A model generated the notes under the pieces. That model searched no databases, was not told the DNA's origin, and saw only the letters and a program-made list of their open reading frames with translations. DNA of 32,000 bases from Propionibacterium freudenreichii subsp. freudenreichii (lineage in GTDB: Bacteria; Actinomycetota; Actinomycetes; Propionibacteriales; Propionibacteriaceae), in contig NZ_CP010341.1 of NCBI RefSeq assembly GCF_000940845.1, positions 180,001-212,000 on the forward strand, in the 5' to 3' direction. Numbering within the stretch: the stretch's first letter is position 1; the number at the start of each line of letters is the position of its first letter. Position numbers and translations under genes: made by a program. Shown piece by piece: positions 9,007-16,841 of this stretch.

Positions 9007-9125
9007 TGCAGCGGAGCTGCGTCTGGGTGACCTGCAGCGCAGCTGCGTCTGGGGGTGGCATGCAGCGCGGCTGCGTCTGGGGGTGGCATGCAGCGCGGCT
9101 GCGTCTGGGGGTGACCTGCAGCGCC
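9007..9125. repeat. Tandem array of about 4.3 copies of a 26-28 bp unit, TGCAGCGCGGCTGCGTCTGGGGGTGRCA-like
   Basis: Units start at 9007, 9033, 9061 and 9089, with a partial unit at 9117. Units 3 and 4 differ only in their last 3 nt. Each unit contains the palindrome GCAGC-GCG-GCTGC. The array lies in the 333-bp divergent gap between the lipoprotein gene (start 8895, minus) and tpx (start 9229, plus). Confidence 0.9.
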
Positions 9126-9228
9126 GTCACGCCCAATCACCACCCGGCGCGCCCGGACGGCCTATTCCCGCCTGCGCCTTCAGCCAAAAAACTGGCCATC
9201 ACGGGTGCATCCGTCGTAGACATGAGTC

Positions 9229-9726
9229 ATGTCAACGACTGCATTCCAAGGAACCCCCGTCCACACCGTCGGCGAACTGCCGGCCGTCGGAAGCCAGGCG
9301 CCCGACTTCGAACTGGTGGGCAAGGACCTGTCCACCATCACCCTGAAGTCCCTGCGTGGACGCCGCGTCGTGCTGAACATCTTCCCGAGCCTCGACACGG
9401 GCGTGTGCGCCACCAGCGTGCGCACCTTCAACAAGCTGGCCGCCGGGCTCGACAACACCACCGTGCTGGCCGTGTCGAAGGACCTGCCCTTCGCCGCCGA
9501 GCGCTTCTGCGTCGCCGAGGGCATTGAGAACGTGGTGCCCGCCTCCGCGTTCCGCAAGCATTCCTTCAGCAACTACGGCGTGCTGATGACCGACGGCCCG
9601 CTGGCCGGACTGCTCGCGCGCAGCGTCGTGGTGATCGATGAGAACGGCACGGTGGTCTACAACCAGCTCGTCCCCGAGATCGGCAATGAGCCCGACTACG
9701 ACGACGCGGTGGCCGCACTGAAGTAG
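9229..9726 (+). CDS. tpx: Thiol peroxidase (atypical 2-Cys peroxiredoxin)
   Basis: Collinear with E. coli Tpx as remembered: [10 protein letters not shown]...[12 protein letters not shown]...[21 protein letters not shown]...[13 protein letters not shown]...[27 protein letters not shown]. Confidence 0.95.
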   Translation: MSTTAFQGTPVHTVGELPAVGSQAPDFELVGKDLSTITLKSLRGRRVVLNIFPSLDTGVCATSVRTFNKLAAGLDNTTVLAVSKDLPFAAERFCVAEGIENVVPASAFRKHSFSNYGVLMTDGPLAGLLARSVVVIDENGTVVYNQLVPEIGNEPDYDDAVAALK

Positions 9727-9825
9727 GCACGCCTGCTGGTCCGACGCCGCGCGGCGGACCATGGCACCGACTTGCGGCGACATCCGGTCGCAGCGGCGTC
9801 CAGTAACACTGCCGCGGAATGACCA

Positions 9826-9864
9826 AGGGACTGCGTTCACCTGAACGCAGTCCCTGTTTGTTGT
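9826..9864 (+). terminator. Intrinsic terminator downstream of tpx
   Basis: Perfect 14-bp stem AGGGACTGCGTTCA / TGAACGCAGTCCCT with a 2-nt loop, followed by GTTTGTTGT. Confidence 0.75.
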
Positions 9865-9893
9865 CCGGTCCCGCCTGCGCCGGGCCCGACCGC

Positions 9894-10640
9894 TCAGGCC
9901 TTGTCGCCGAGCACCTCGTCGACGGCCTGGCCCAGCACCTTGCCGATCGAGTCGTGGATCACCAGCTGGGCCCTGTTGTCGGCCGGCGTCGCCGACTTGT
10001 TGATGAGCACGAGCTTGTCGCCGCGGTAGTACTCCAACAGCCCGGCGGCCGGGTACACGTTCAGGGAGGTGCCGCCCACGATCAGCACGTCGGCGGCCAT
10101 GATGGCGCGCGTGGCGCCGTCCATCACGTCGGGGTCCAGGCCCTCCTCGTAGAGCACCACGTCGGGCTTGATGATGCCATTGCACACGGTGCAGCGCGGG
10201 ATGCCGGTGCTCTGCTCGATCACTTCCACGGGATAGCTGCGGTGGCAATCGACGCAGTGGTTGCGCAGCACCGAGCCGTGCAGCTCATAGACCCTCTTCG
10301 AGCCGGCCATCTGGTGGAGCCCGTCGATGTTCTGGGTGACCACGGCGGTGAGCCGGCCCGCCTTCTCAAGCCTGGCCAACGCATAGTGCGCCGCATTCGG
10401 CTTCGCCTCGGGATGCAACATGTTCTCGCGGTAGAAGGCATAGAAGTCTTCGGGGTGATCGGCCCAGCAGCTGTGCGAGAGCATGTATTCGGGCGGGAAT
10501 TCGCCCCCGGCCTGCGTCTTGTAGAGGCCGGTGGCCGACCTGAAATCGGGAATCCCGCTCTCGGTGGACACGCCTGCGCCGCCGAAAAAGACCACGTGGT
10601 CTGCCGGGGCAAGTATTCTGCTCAACTGATCTGCACTCAC
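9894..10640 (-). CDS. cobB: NAD-dependent protein deacylase (Sir2/CobB sirtuin)
   Basis: FFGGAGVSTESGIPDFRS, TQNIDGLH, the zinc ribbon CVDC...CTVC, and GTSLNVYPAA. The GTG start at 10640 is preceded by GGGTGGAG. Confidence 0.9.
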   Translation of the reverse strand: MSADQLSRILAPADHVVFFGGAGVSTESGIPDFRSATGLYKTQAGGEFPPEYMLSHSCWADHPEDFYAFYRENMLHPEAKPNAAHYALARLEKAGRLTAVVTQNIDGLHQMAGSKRVYELHGSVLRNHCVDCHRSYPVEVIEQSTGIPRCTVCNGIIKPDVVLYEEGLDPDVMDGATRAIMAADVLIVGGTSLNVYPAAGLLEYYRGDKLVLINKSATPADNRAQLVIHDSIGKVLGQAVDEVLGDKA

Positions 10641-10840
10641 AGCTCCACCCTAGGGCGAGCTGGCAGAATGCAAGCGTGTCGGTGCGGGGGAGTCCCCGCC
10701 GCGCCAACATTTCCGGCTCCCCACAGGCGCCGGGGAGCGAGTGGACGACTGGCCGACGCGCCGGCCGCCGGATGGTCGGGCCGCGCAGCGCGCGCTGGCG
10801 TCCGCACGACTCGCCGTCACAGGTACGGAAGGACCGGCAG

Positions 10841-12550
10841 ATGAGCGAAGAGCCCCAGGGCGGGCATGTCGACGACCCCTCGTCGGCCTCCCGCGCACGC
10901 CGGGCTGCCCGCGCGGCCGACGATCCCGGTGACGGCGCCAACACCCCCAGGTATGCCGACTCGGCCGCCAAGCGCCGCAGGGGACGGCTGCGTCCCCGCT
11001 GGGGTCGCATCGCCGCCCTCGCCATGGCCCTGGTGCTGTTCGTCGTCGTGGCCGCCGCCGGCATCTACATCTGGCGCGCCAACGCCGGCATCAAGCGATC
11101 CGGCGCGATCGCCGACAAGACCTCGCAGAGCTCCGACCTCGACCTGCTGGTGATGGGGCTCGACTCGCGCGTCGACGTCAACGGCAATGCCCTGCCCTCC
11201 GACATCTACGACGCCCTGCATTCGGGCGACGCCTCCGACGGCGGCCTCAATTCCAATGTGCTCATGTACGTGCACGTGCCGGCCGACGGCTCGCAGGCCA
11301 GCGTCTTCGCGATCCCGCGCGACGACTATGTCGACTTCCCGGGCTGCCCCGATGGTGTCTGCAAGGGCAAGATCAAGGAGGCCTACGGCTACGCCGCCGA
11401 CGCCAAGACCCAGGAGCTCGACAAGCAGGGCAAGACCGGTCAGGACGCCTACCAGCAGGCCCGCGATGCCGGACGTGCCGCCGAGGTGAGGACGGTGGAG
11501 CAGTTCCTCGGGGTGGAGATCGACCACTTCATCGAGGTGACGATGGTGGCCTTCTTCCAGATCGCCCAGGTGGTGCAGCCCATCACGGTGTGCGTCAACG
11601 AGAAGACCGTCGACACCTATTCGGGCGCTGACTTCAAGGCCGGCGAGCAGGACATCAACGCCGAGCAGGCGATGGCCTTCGTGCGCCAGCGCCGCGACAC
11701 CGACAATCCCGACCTGGCGTTCACCGACCTCGACCGCTCCCGGCGCCAGCAGGCGTTCATCGCCTCGTTGCTGGTGAAGCTGAAGAAGACGAACCTGCTC
11801 ACCAACCCCGGCCAGCTCGACAAGCTGGTGCAGGTGGCCCAGCAGAACACGGTGCTCGACAAGAACCTCAAGATCTCCCAGCTCACCTCGCTGGCCACGT
11901 CGCTGGAGGGTTCCAAGCTGAACTTCTACACCCTGCCGGTGGAGAGCTTCGGCACCGCCGACGACGGCGCCGCGATCAATGTGGTCGACAAGGCCAAGAT
12001 CCAGGGCATCGTGCGCTCGATCCTGCACCCGGGGCAGAGCGCGAGCCCCTCGGCCAGCGCGAGCGCCAGCGGCTCGGCGAGCTACAGCCCCACCTACGGG
12101 ATGGGTGCCACCGTGTCGGTGATGAACGAGTCGGGCGTCACCGGGGCCGCTGCCTCGCTGGTGGGCCAGCTCACCGGTTTCGGGTTCACGGCCGGCCAGG
12201 CGACCAATGGGGCCGACATCCTGCAGGAGTCCAGCGTCAGCTACGGCTCCGCGGTGGCGGGCCAGGCCAAGCAGTTGGCCCAGCAGTTGGGCGGGTTGTC
12301 CGCCAATGCCGATTCGACGCTCGGGGCCAATGCGGTGGTGGTGCACATGGGCACCGGCTTCACCGGGTGGCCCTCGGCTTCGCCCAGTGCGGCGTCCAGC
12401 GCCGCGAGCACCGGGGGCTCGTCGGTGTCGCCGTCGGCCAGCAGCACCGCCATTCCCAGCGCCGTGGACGCCAATAGCGGCGGCCAGAGCGGCCCGGAGC
12501 CCAGCCAGCTGACCCAGATCAGCGGCGGCGGTATCCCCTGCGTGAAGTAA
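10841..12550 (+). CDS. LCP (LytR-CpsA-Psr) family cell-wall glycopolymer ligase with LytR_C-like domain and Ser-rich tail
   Basis: One TM segment (IAALAMALVLFVVVAAAGIYIW), then the LCP core LDLLVMGLDSR...NVLMYVHVP...AIPRDDYV...IDHFIEVTMVAFFQIAQ...AMAFVRQRRD. The C-terminal part, TVSVMNESGVTGAAASLVGQL...AKQLAQQLG, resembles LytR_C. The ATG at 10841 follows GGAAGGA; the ORF-track start at 10676 adds 55 Arg-rich codons that are unlikely to be coding. Confidence 0.85.
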   Translation: MSEEPQGGHVDDPSSASRARRAARAADDPGDGANTPRYADSAAKRRRGRLRPRWGRIAALAMALVLFVVVAAAGIYIWRANAGIKRSGAIADKTSQSSDLDLLVMGLDSRVDVNGNALPSDIYDALHSGDASDGGLNSNVLMYVHVPADGSQASVFAIPRDDYVDFPGCPDGVCKGKIKEAYGYAADAKTQELDKQGKTGQDAYQQARDAGRAAEVRTVEQFLGVEIDHFIEVTMVAFFQIAQVVQPITVCVNEKTVDTYSGADFKAGEQDINAEQAMAFVRQRRDTDNPDLAFTDLDRSRRQQAFIASLLVKLKKTNLLTNPGQLDKLVQVAQQNTVLDKNLKISQLTSLATSLEGSKLNFYTLPVESFGTADDGAAINVVDKAKIQGIVRSILHPGQSASPSASASASGSASYSPTYGMGATVSVMNESGVTGAAASLVGQLTGFGFTAGQATNGADILQESSVSYGSAVAGQAKQLAQQLGGLSANADSTLGANAVVVHMGTGFTGWPSASPSAASSAASTGGSSVSPSASSTAIPSAVDANSGGQSGPEPSQLTQISGGGIPCVK

Positions 12551-13163
12551 CCCCGGGGACGATTCATCCCATCAGTTGAGACTTCACCGTCCGCATCGTG
12601 AGCGGGTAACGGGGTTGCCCGCGTGGGGCCGCATTTTGCACCTTCCCGCACTTGCACCCGGTGCAGGATTGGTCTGTACTAGGTAGAGCCGCACATGAGG
12701 CAGCCCGCGCGGTCCTGTTCGCAGGATCGCCGAATGGTCACCGGGAGGATGGGGGTGTTCTCCCAGTGATCAGGAGCCTCGAGCGGTTCGGCGCTCGTCC
12801 GGAGCAGGGGGTCTTCGGGCGGGCGCCTTCCACATTGCCTGCGATCTACATCGTGTGCATTCCACATTGCCTGCGTTCCATATGACGTGCGTTGTTGCGT
12901 GCGTTCCGGGTGGTGCGCCGTCCGCATCGCCGGATGCCACGGCCGTGGACGTGGACGAGCCCCCGCAGATCAGTCTTGTGGGCAGTGTCCCCACACAAGC
13001 CGAGCGCCCCGCGACGAACCACCCGGAGGCGGTGCGCTGCGGAGCGCTCGGTTGTTCATGCCGGTCGGCCCGTCATCAGATCGGGCCCGGGGGCTACGAC
13101 CTGTGCTGTATGGGCCGGGTGACTGGTCCACACTGGCGGGTGGCCGGCGATGGTGACTGTGTG

Positions 13164-13183
13164 CGGCCCACGGGGGTGGGCCG
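13164..13183 (-). terminator. Stem-loop just downstream of the argG stop (putative terminator without a U-tract)
   Basis: 8-bp stem CGGCCCAC / GTGGGCCG with a GGGG loop, about 20 nt past the argG stop at 13204-13206. Confidence 0.4.
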
Positions 13184-13203
13184 GTTGTGAAGGGGTTGGC
13201 GAC

Positions 13204-14694
<1,491 letters not shown>

Positions 14695-14707
14695 TTATGC
14701 TTTTGAA

Positions 14708-14721
14708 GGAATATCTATGCC
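14708..14721 (-). promoter_or_regulatory. Imperfect palindrome GGCATAGATATTCC in an AT-rich patch upstream of argG; candidate ARG-box/ArgR operator
   Basis: 14 bp, with 10 of 14 positions symmetric. It resembles the TGCAT/TGAAT-N-ATTCA half-site arrangement of ARG boxes and lies in the only AT-rich stretch of the qor-argG gap. The GCATAAG motif recurs on the minus strand at 14649-14655 and 14695-14701. Confidence 0.25.
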
Positions 14722-14801
14722 ATCAGGCTGTCGTGACCGGGGATGGGTCGGCGTCCCACGTGGCGACGCCAACCCTCCCCGGCAGCACGAGCATGTGCGG
14801 C

Positions 14802-15773
14802 TCAGACCACCAGGATGATCTTGCCGGTGTTGTCGCCCGATTCGAGCAGCTCATGGGCCTTGGAGGCATGTGCCATCGGCACCTGCGTCTGGTTGCCGGG
14901 CTTGATCGCGCCCGACGAGAGGAGCGGCCAGATGGCCTCCTCCACGCGACGGCAGATGGCCGCCTTGCTGGCCAGCGAGCGGAACCGCAGGCTGGTGGCC
15001 GTCACGGTGCCGCGCTTGTTCAGCAGCACGGCGATGTTCAGGGTGCCCTTGGTGCCCTTCTGCATGCCGATGATCACCAGGCGTCCGTCGTCGGCCAGGC
15101 AACGCACATTCGCCTCGAGGTACTTGGCGCCCACGATGTCGAGGATCACGTCGACGCCGCGATCCTGCGTGGCCATCATCACCTGGGGCTCCCAGTCGTC
15201 GTGGTAGTCGAAGCCCTCGTCAGCGCCCAGCTTGCGGCAATAGGCAAGCTTCTTGGCCGACCCGGCGGTGACGATCACGTGCGCACCCAGGGCCTTCGCG
15301 TACTGGATGGCCAGCGTGCCGATGCCGCCCGCGCCACCGTGGATGAGCACGGTCTCGCCGGCCGACAGGTGCACCCGGTCGAAGTTGGACACCACCGTGG
15401 CGGCCACCTCCACCAGTCCCGCCGCGGCCAACGGGTCGATGCCGGCGGGCAGCTTCAGCAGCTGGCCCGCGGGCACCACGAAGAACTCGGCATAGGCGCC
15501 GCCGCTGACCAGCGCCAGCACCTGCTCGCCCACCTGGTGCCCCTCGACACCGTCGCCAAGCTTCTCGATGACACCGAGGGCCTCCATGCCCATGATGTCG
15601 GTGATGCCGGCCGGCGGGGGATAGTGCCCCTGGCGCTGCAGCACATCGCCGCGGTTCACGCCCGCAGCCTGCGTGCGCACCAGCACCTCGCCCGGTCCGG
15701 GATCGGGGATGGGCACCTCGGCCCAGCTCATGACATCGACGCCGCCCGGTTCGTCCACTGTGATCGCGTGCAT
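14802..15773 (-). CDS. NAD(P)H:quinone oxidoreductase / zinc-type alcohol dehydrogenase-like (MDR superfamily)
   Basis: MHAITVDEPGGVDVMSWAEVPIPDPGPGEVLVRTQAAGVNRGDVLQRQGHYPPP, the GxGxxG-like HGGAGGIGTLAIQ motif, and a C-terminal GKIILVV. The start at 15773 follows TCTGGGGAC. The ORF-track extension to 16262 runs through a tRNA gene and is rejected. Confidence 0.85.
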   Translation of the reverse strand: MHAITVDEPGGVDVMSWAEVPIPDPGPGEVLVRTQAAGVNRGDVLQRQGHYPPPAGITDIMGMEALGVIEKLGDGVEGHQVGEQVLALVSGGAYAEFFVVPAGQLLKLPAGIDPLAAAGLVEVAATVVSNFDRVHLSAGETVLIHGGAGGIGTLAIQYAKALGAHVIVTAGSAKKLAYCRKLGADEGFDYHDDWEPQVMMATQDRGVDVILDIVGAKYLEANVRCLADDGRLVIIGMQKGTKGTLNIAVLLNKRGTVTATSLRFRSLASKAAICRRVEEAIWPLLSSGAIKPGNQTQVPMAHASKAHELLESGDNTGKIILVV

Positions 15774-15832
15774 GTCCCCAGACTGCCAGACCCGCGCGTC
15801 CGCTACCATGAAAATGCGTCCACCGGACGCGT

Positions 15833-15918
15833 GGCGAGGTCGCATAGTGGACGAGTGCAGCCGCCTTGAAAGCGGCCGAGCGAAAGCTCCGTGGGTTCGA
15901 ATCCCACCCTCGCCGCCA
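15833..15918 (+). tRNA. tRNA-Ser (anticodon TGA), class II with long variable arm, encoded CCA
   Basis: Manual cloverleaf: acceptor GGCGAGG/CCTCGCC; D arm GCA-TAGTGGACGAG-TGC; anticodon stem GCCGC/GCGGC with loop CTTGAAA; variable arm CGAGCGAAAGCTCC; T arm GTGGG-TTCGAAT-CCCAC; discriminator G; CCA. Confidence 0.9.
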
Positions 15919-16022
15919 CCGATGATGTCGCGGGCGGGAGTTCGCGTGATCGTCGAGCCTGGAGGGTCGTCCCTGCGAGGTGGCCCTGACGGCAGCAGGC
16001 CAACGCGTGATGAGGGAGAGAT

Positions 16023-16460
16023 ATGAGCAGCTACATCCTGCGCCCCCGCATACCGCGTCGTGCGTTCGTGCTGGGCAGTGCGGCCACCGTGGTGGGCCTG
16101 GTGCTGGTGGTGATCGGGCTGGTGCAGAACTGGGCGATCCTGGCAATCATCGTGTTGGCGGCGCTGCTTGCCGTCGGCCTGCTGACGCTGCTGATGGTGG
16201 CCTACTCGATGGTCAACCACCGCATCCACATCGACCTCGACGCGAAGGGCTACCGCGTGCACGGTCCCGGCATGGACCGACGCGGCACCTGGGCCAAGGT
16301 CACCCGGGTGGCCGTGACGCCCGATGGTTCACGGCTGATGATTGCCTCCGGACCGGTGAAGCGCACCTACATCAGCTGCCCCAAGGGCGGGGACGATCCG
16401 GCCATGCAGGCGCTGATCAAGGAGATCTCGGCGCACCTGCCCGAGCACTCGCGGCGCTAG
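16023..16460 (+). CDS. Hypothetical small membrane protein (two TM helices plus a soluble C-terminal domain)
   Basis: GAGGGAGAG Shine-Dalgarno 4 nt before the ATG. GC3-rich codons. Two hydrophobic segments (AFVLGSAATVVGLVLVVIGLV and AILAIIVLAALLAVGLLTLLMVA) precede an ~80-aa hydrophilic domain. I recognise no family. Confidence 0.6.
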   Translation: MSSYILRPRIPRRAFVLGSAATVVGLVLVVIGLVQNWAILAIIVLAALLAVGLLTLLMVAYSMVNHRIHIDLDAKGYRVHGPGMDRRGTWAKVTRVAVTPDGSRLMIASGPVKRTYISCPKGGDDPAMQALIKEISAHLPEHSRR

Positions 16461-16580
16461 CGGGCTGGTTGGCGGCGCGCGGCGGTGCCGGTTCTCCGGG
16501 GGCTGGGTGGTCATGGCGGCGCGGTACGTCGAACCATGAACGCGAGGCCTTGTCGGGTCCCATCCACTGAATCCGGATCC

Positions 16581-16790
16581 ACTGGTTCGGGCCACGACCC
16601 TTGTCACTCAGTGGGCAGTTGTGCGGGAATGACGCCGCACAGGTGACCACTCAGGGAGGGTTTCCGGCTGGGGCGGCGTCGGGCCACTCGATCGGGCATA
16701 CCCACGTGAATACCCACGTGATAGGTGCGGATAAAGCACCGTCTACGGTGCTTTATCCGCACCTATCACCGCGTCCGGCATCAGGATCAG
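16581..16790. repeat. Left copy of a ~210-240 bp structured intergenic repeat (X-box hairpin 16604-16654 plus 22-bp-stem hairpin 16720-16767)
   Basis: Aligns by eye with the reverse complement of 20161..20400. The blocks ACTGGTTC..TCACTCAGTGGGCAGTTGTGCGGGAATGACGCCGCACAGGTGACCAC, GGCATACCCACG..GATAGGTGCGGA..GCACC..GGTGCTT.ATCCG.ACCT and CACCGCGTCCGGCAT all have counterparts there. Confidence 0.85.
16720..16767. terminator. Perfect 22-bp-stem hairpin in a convergent gap (probable bidirectional terminator)
   Basis: GATAGGTGCGGATAAAGCACCG-TCTA-CGGTGCTTTATCCGCACCTATC. It lies between the + strand gene ending at 16460 and the - strand LCP gene ending at 16842. Confidence 0.6.
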
Positions 16791-16837
16791 ACCGGCTCGA
16801 CCGCAGGTGGAATCAGACCGGCTCCACCGCAGGTGGA
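16786..16837. repeat. Two tandem copies of a 26-bp unit ATCAGACCGGCTCSACCGCAGGTGGA
   Basis: 16786-16811 and 16812-16837 differ at one base. The pair ends 4 nt before the LCP stop codon (16842-16844, minus strand). Confidence 0.9.
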
Positions 16838-16841
16838 ATCA

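Noticed and set aside
9007-9125. Considered whether the 28-bp repeats form a CRISPR array.
   Set aside because: The units are directly abutting with no spacers, there are only about 4 copies, and no cas genes lie in the window. This is a plain tandem repeat.
9894-10640. SIR2-domain protein as a possible anti-phage (Thoeris/DSR-like) effector.
   Set aside because: It has canonical sirtuin length (248 aa) with an intact Zn-ribbon and NAD pocket motifs. It carries no fused sensor, TIR or SLOG domains and has no partner genes, so it is an ordinary CobB-type deacylase.
12855-13190. 111-aa + strand ORF, and the overlapping 74-104-aa ORFs, in the long LCP/argG convergent gap.
   Set aside because: They lack ribosome-binding sites, have mixed codon bias and Cys/Arg/Pro-rich implausible translations, and overlap one another in several frames. 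I treat the region as non-coding and report it as a finding instead.
15774-16262. N-terminal extension of the 486-aa minus-strand ORF upstream of the quinone oxidoreductase.
   Set aside because: It runs straight through the tRNA-Ser(TGA) gene (15833-15918) and antisense to the 16023-16460 membrane protein gene. Oxidoreductase homology begins at MHAITVDEP (start 15773), which has its own ribosome-binding site.
16417-16650. Conserved peptide-like start MVTCAASFPHNCPLSD (minus strand, 16650) and its twin MGTCATSLPHNCPVRD (plus strand, 20332), which could suggest a duplicated small protein gene.
   Set aside because: The differences between the two copies are mostly non-synonymous, similarity ends after about 16 codons, and there is no ribosome-binding site. 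The conserved block coincides with a foldable nested hairpin, so conservation at the DNA/RNA-structure level explains it better.
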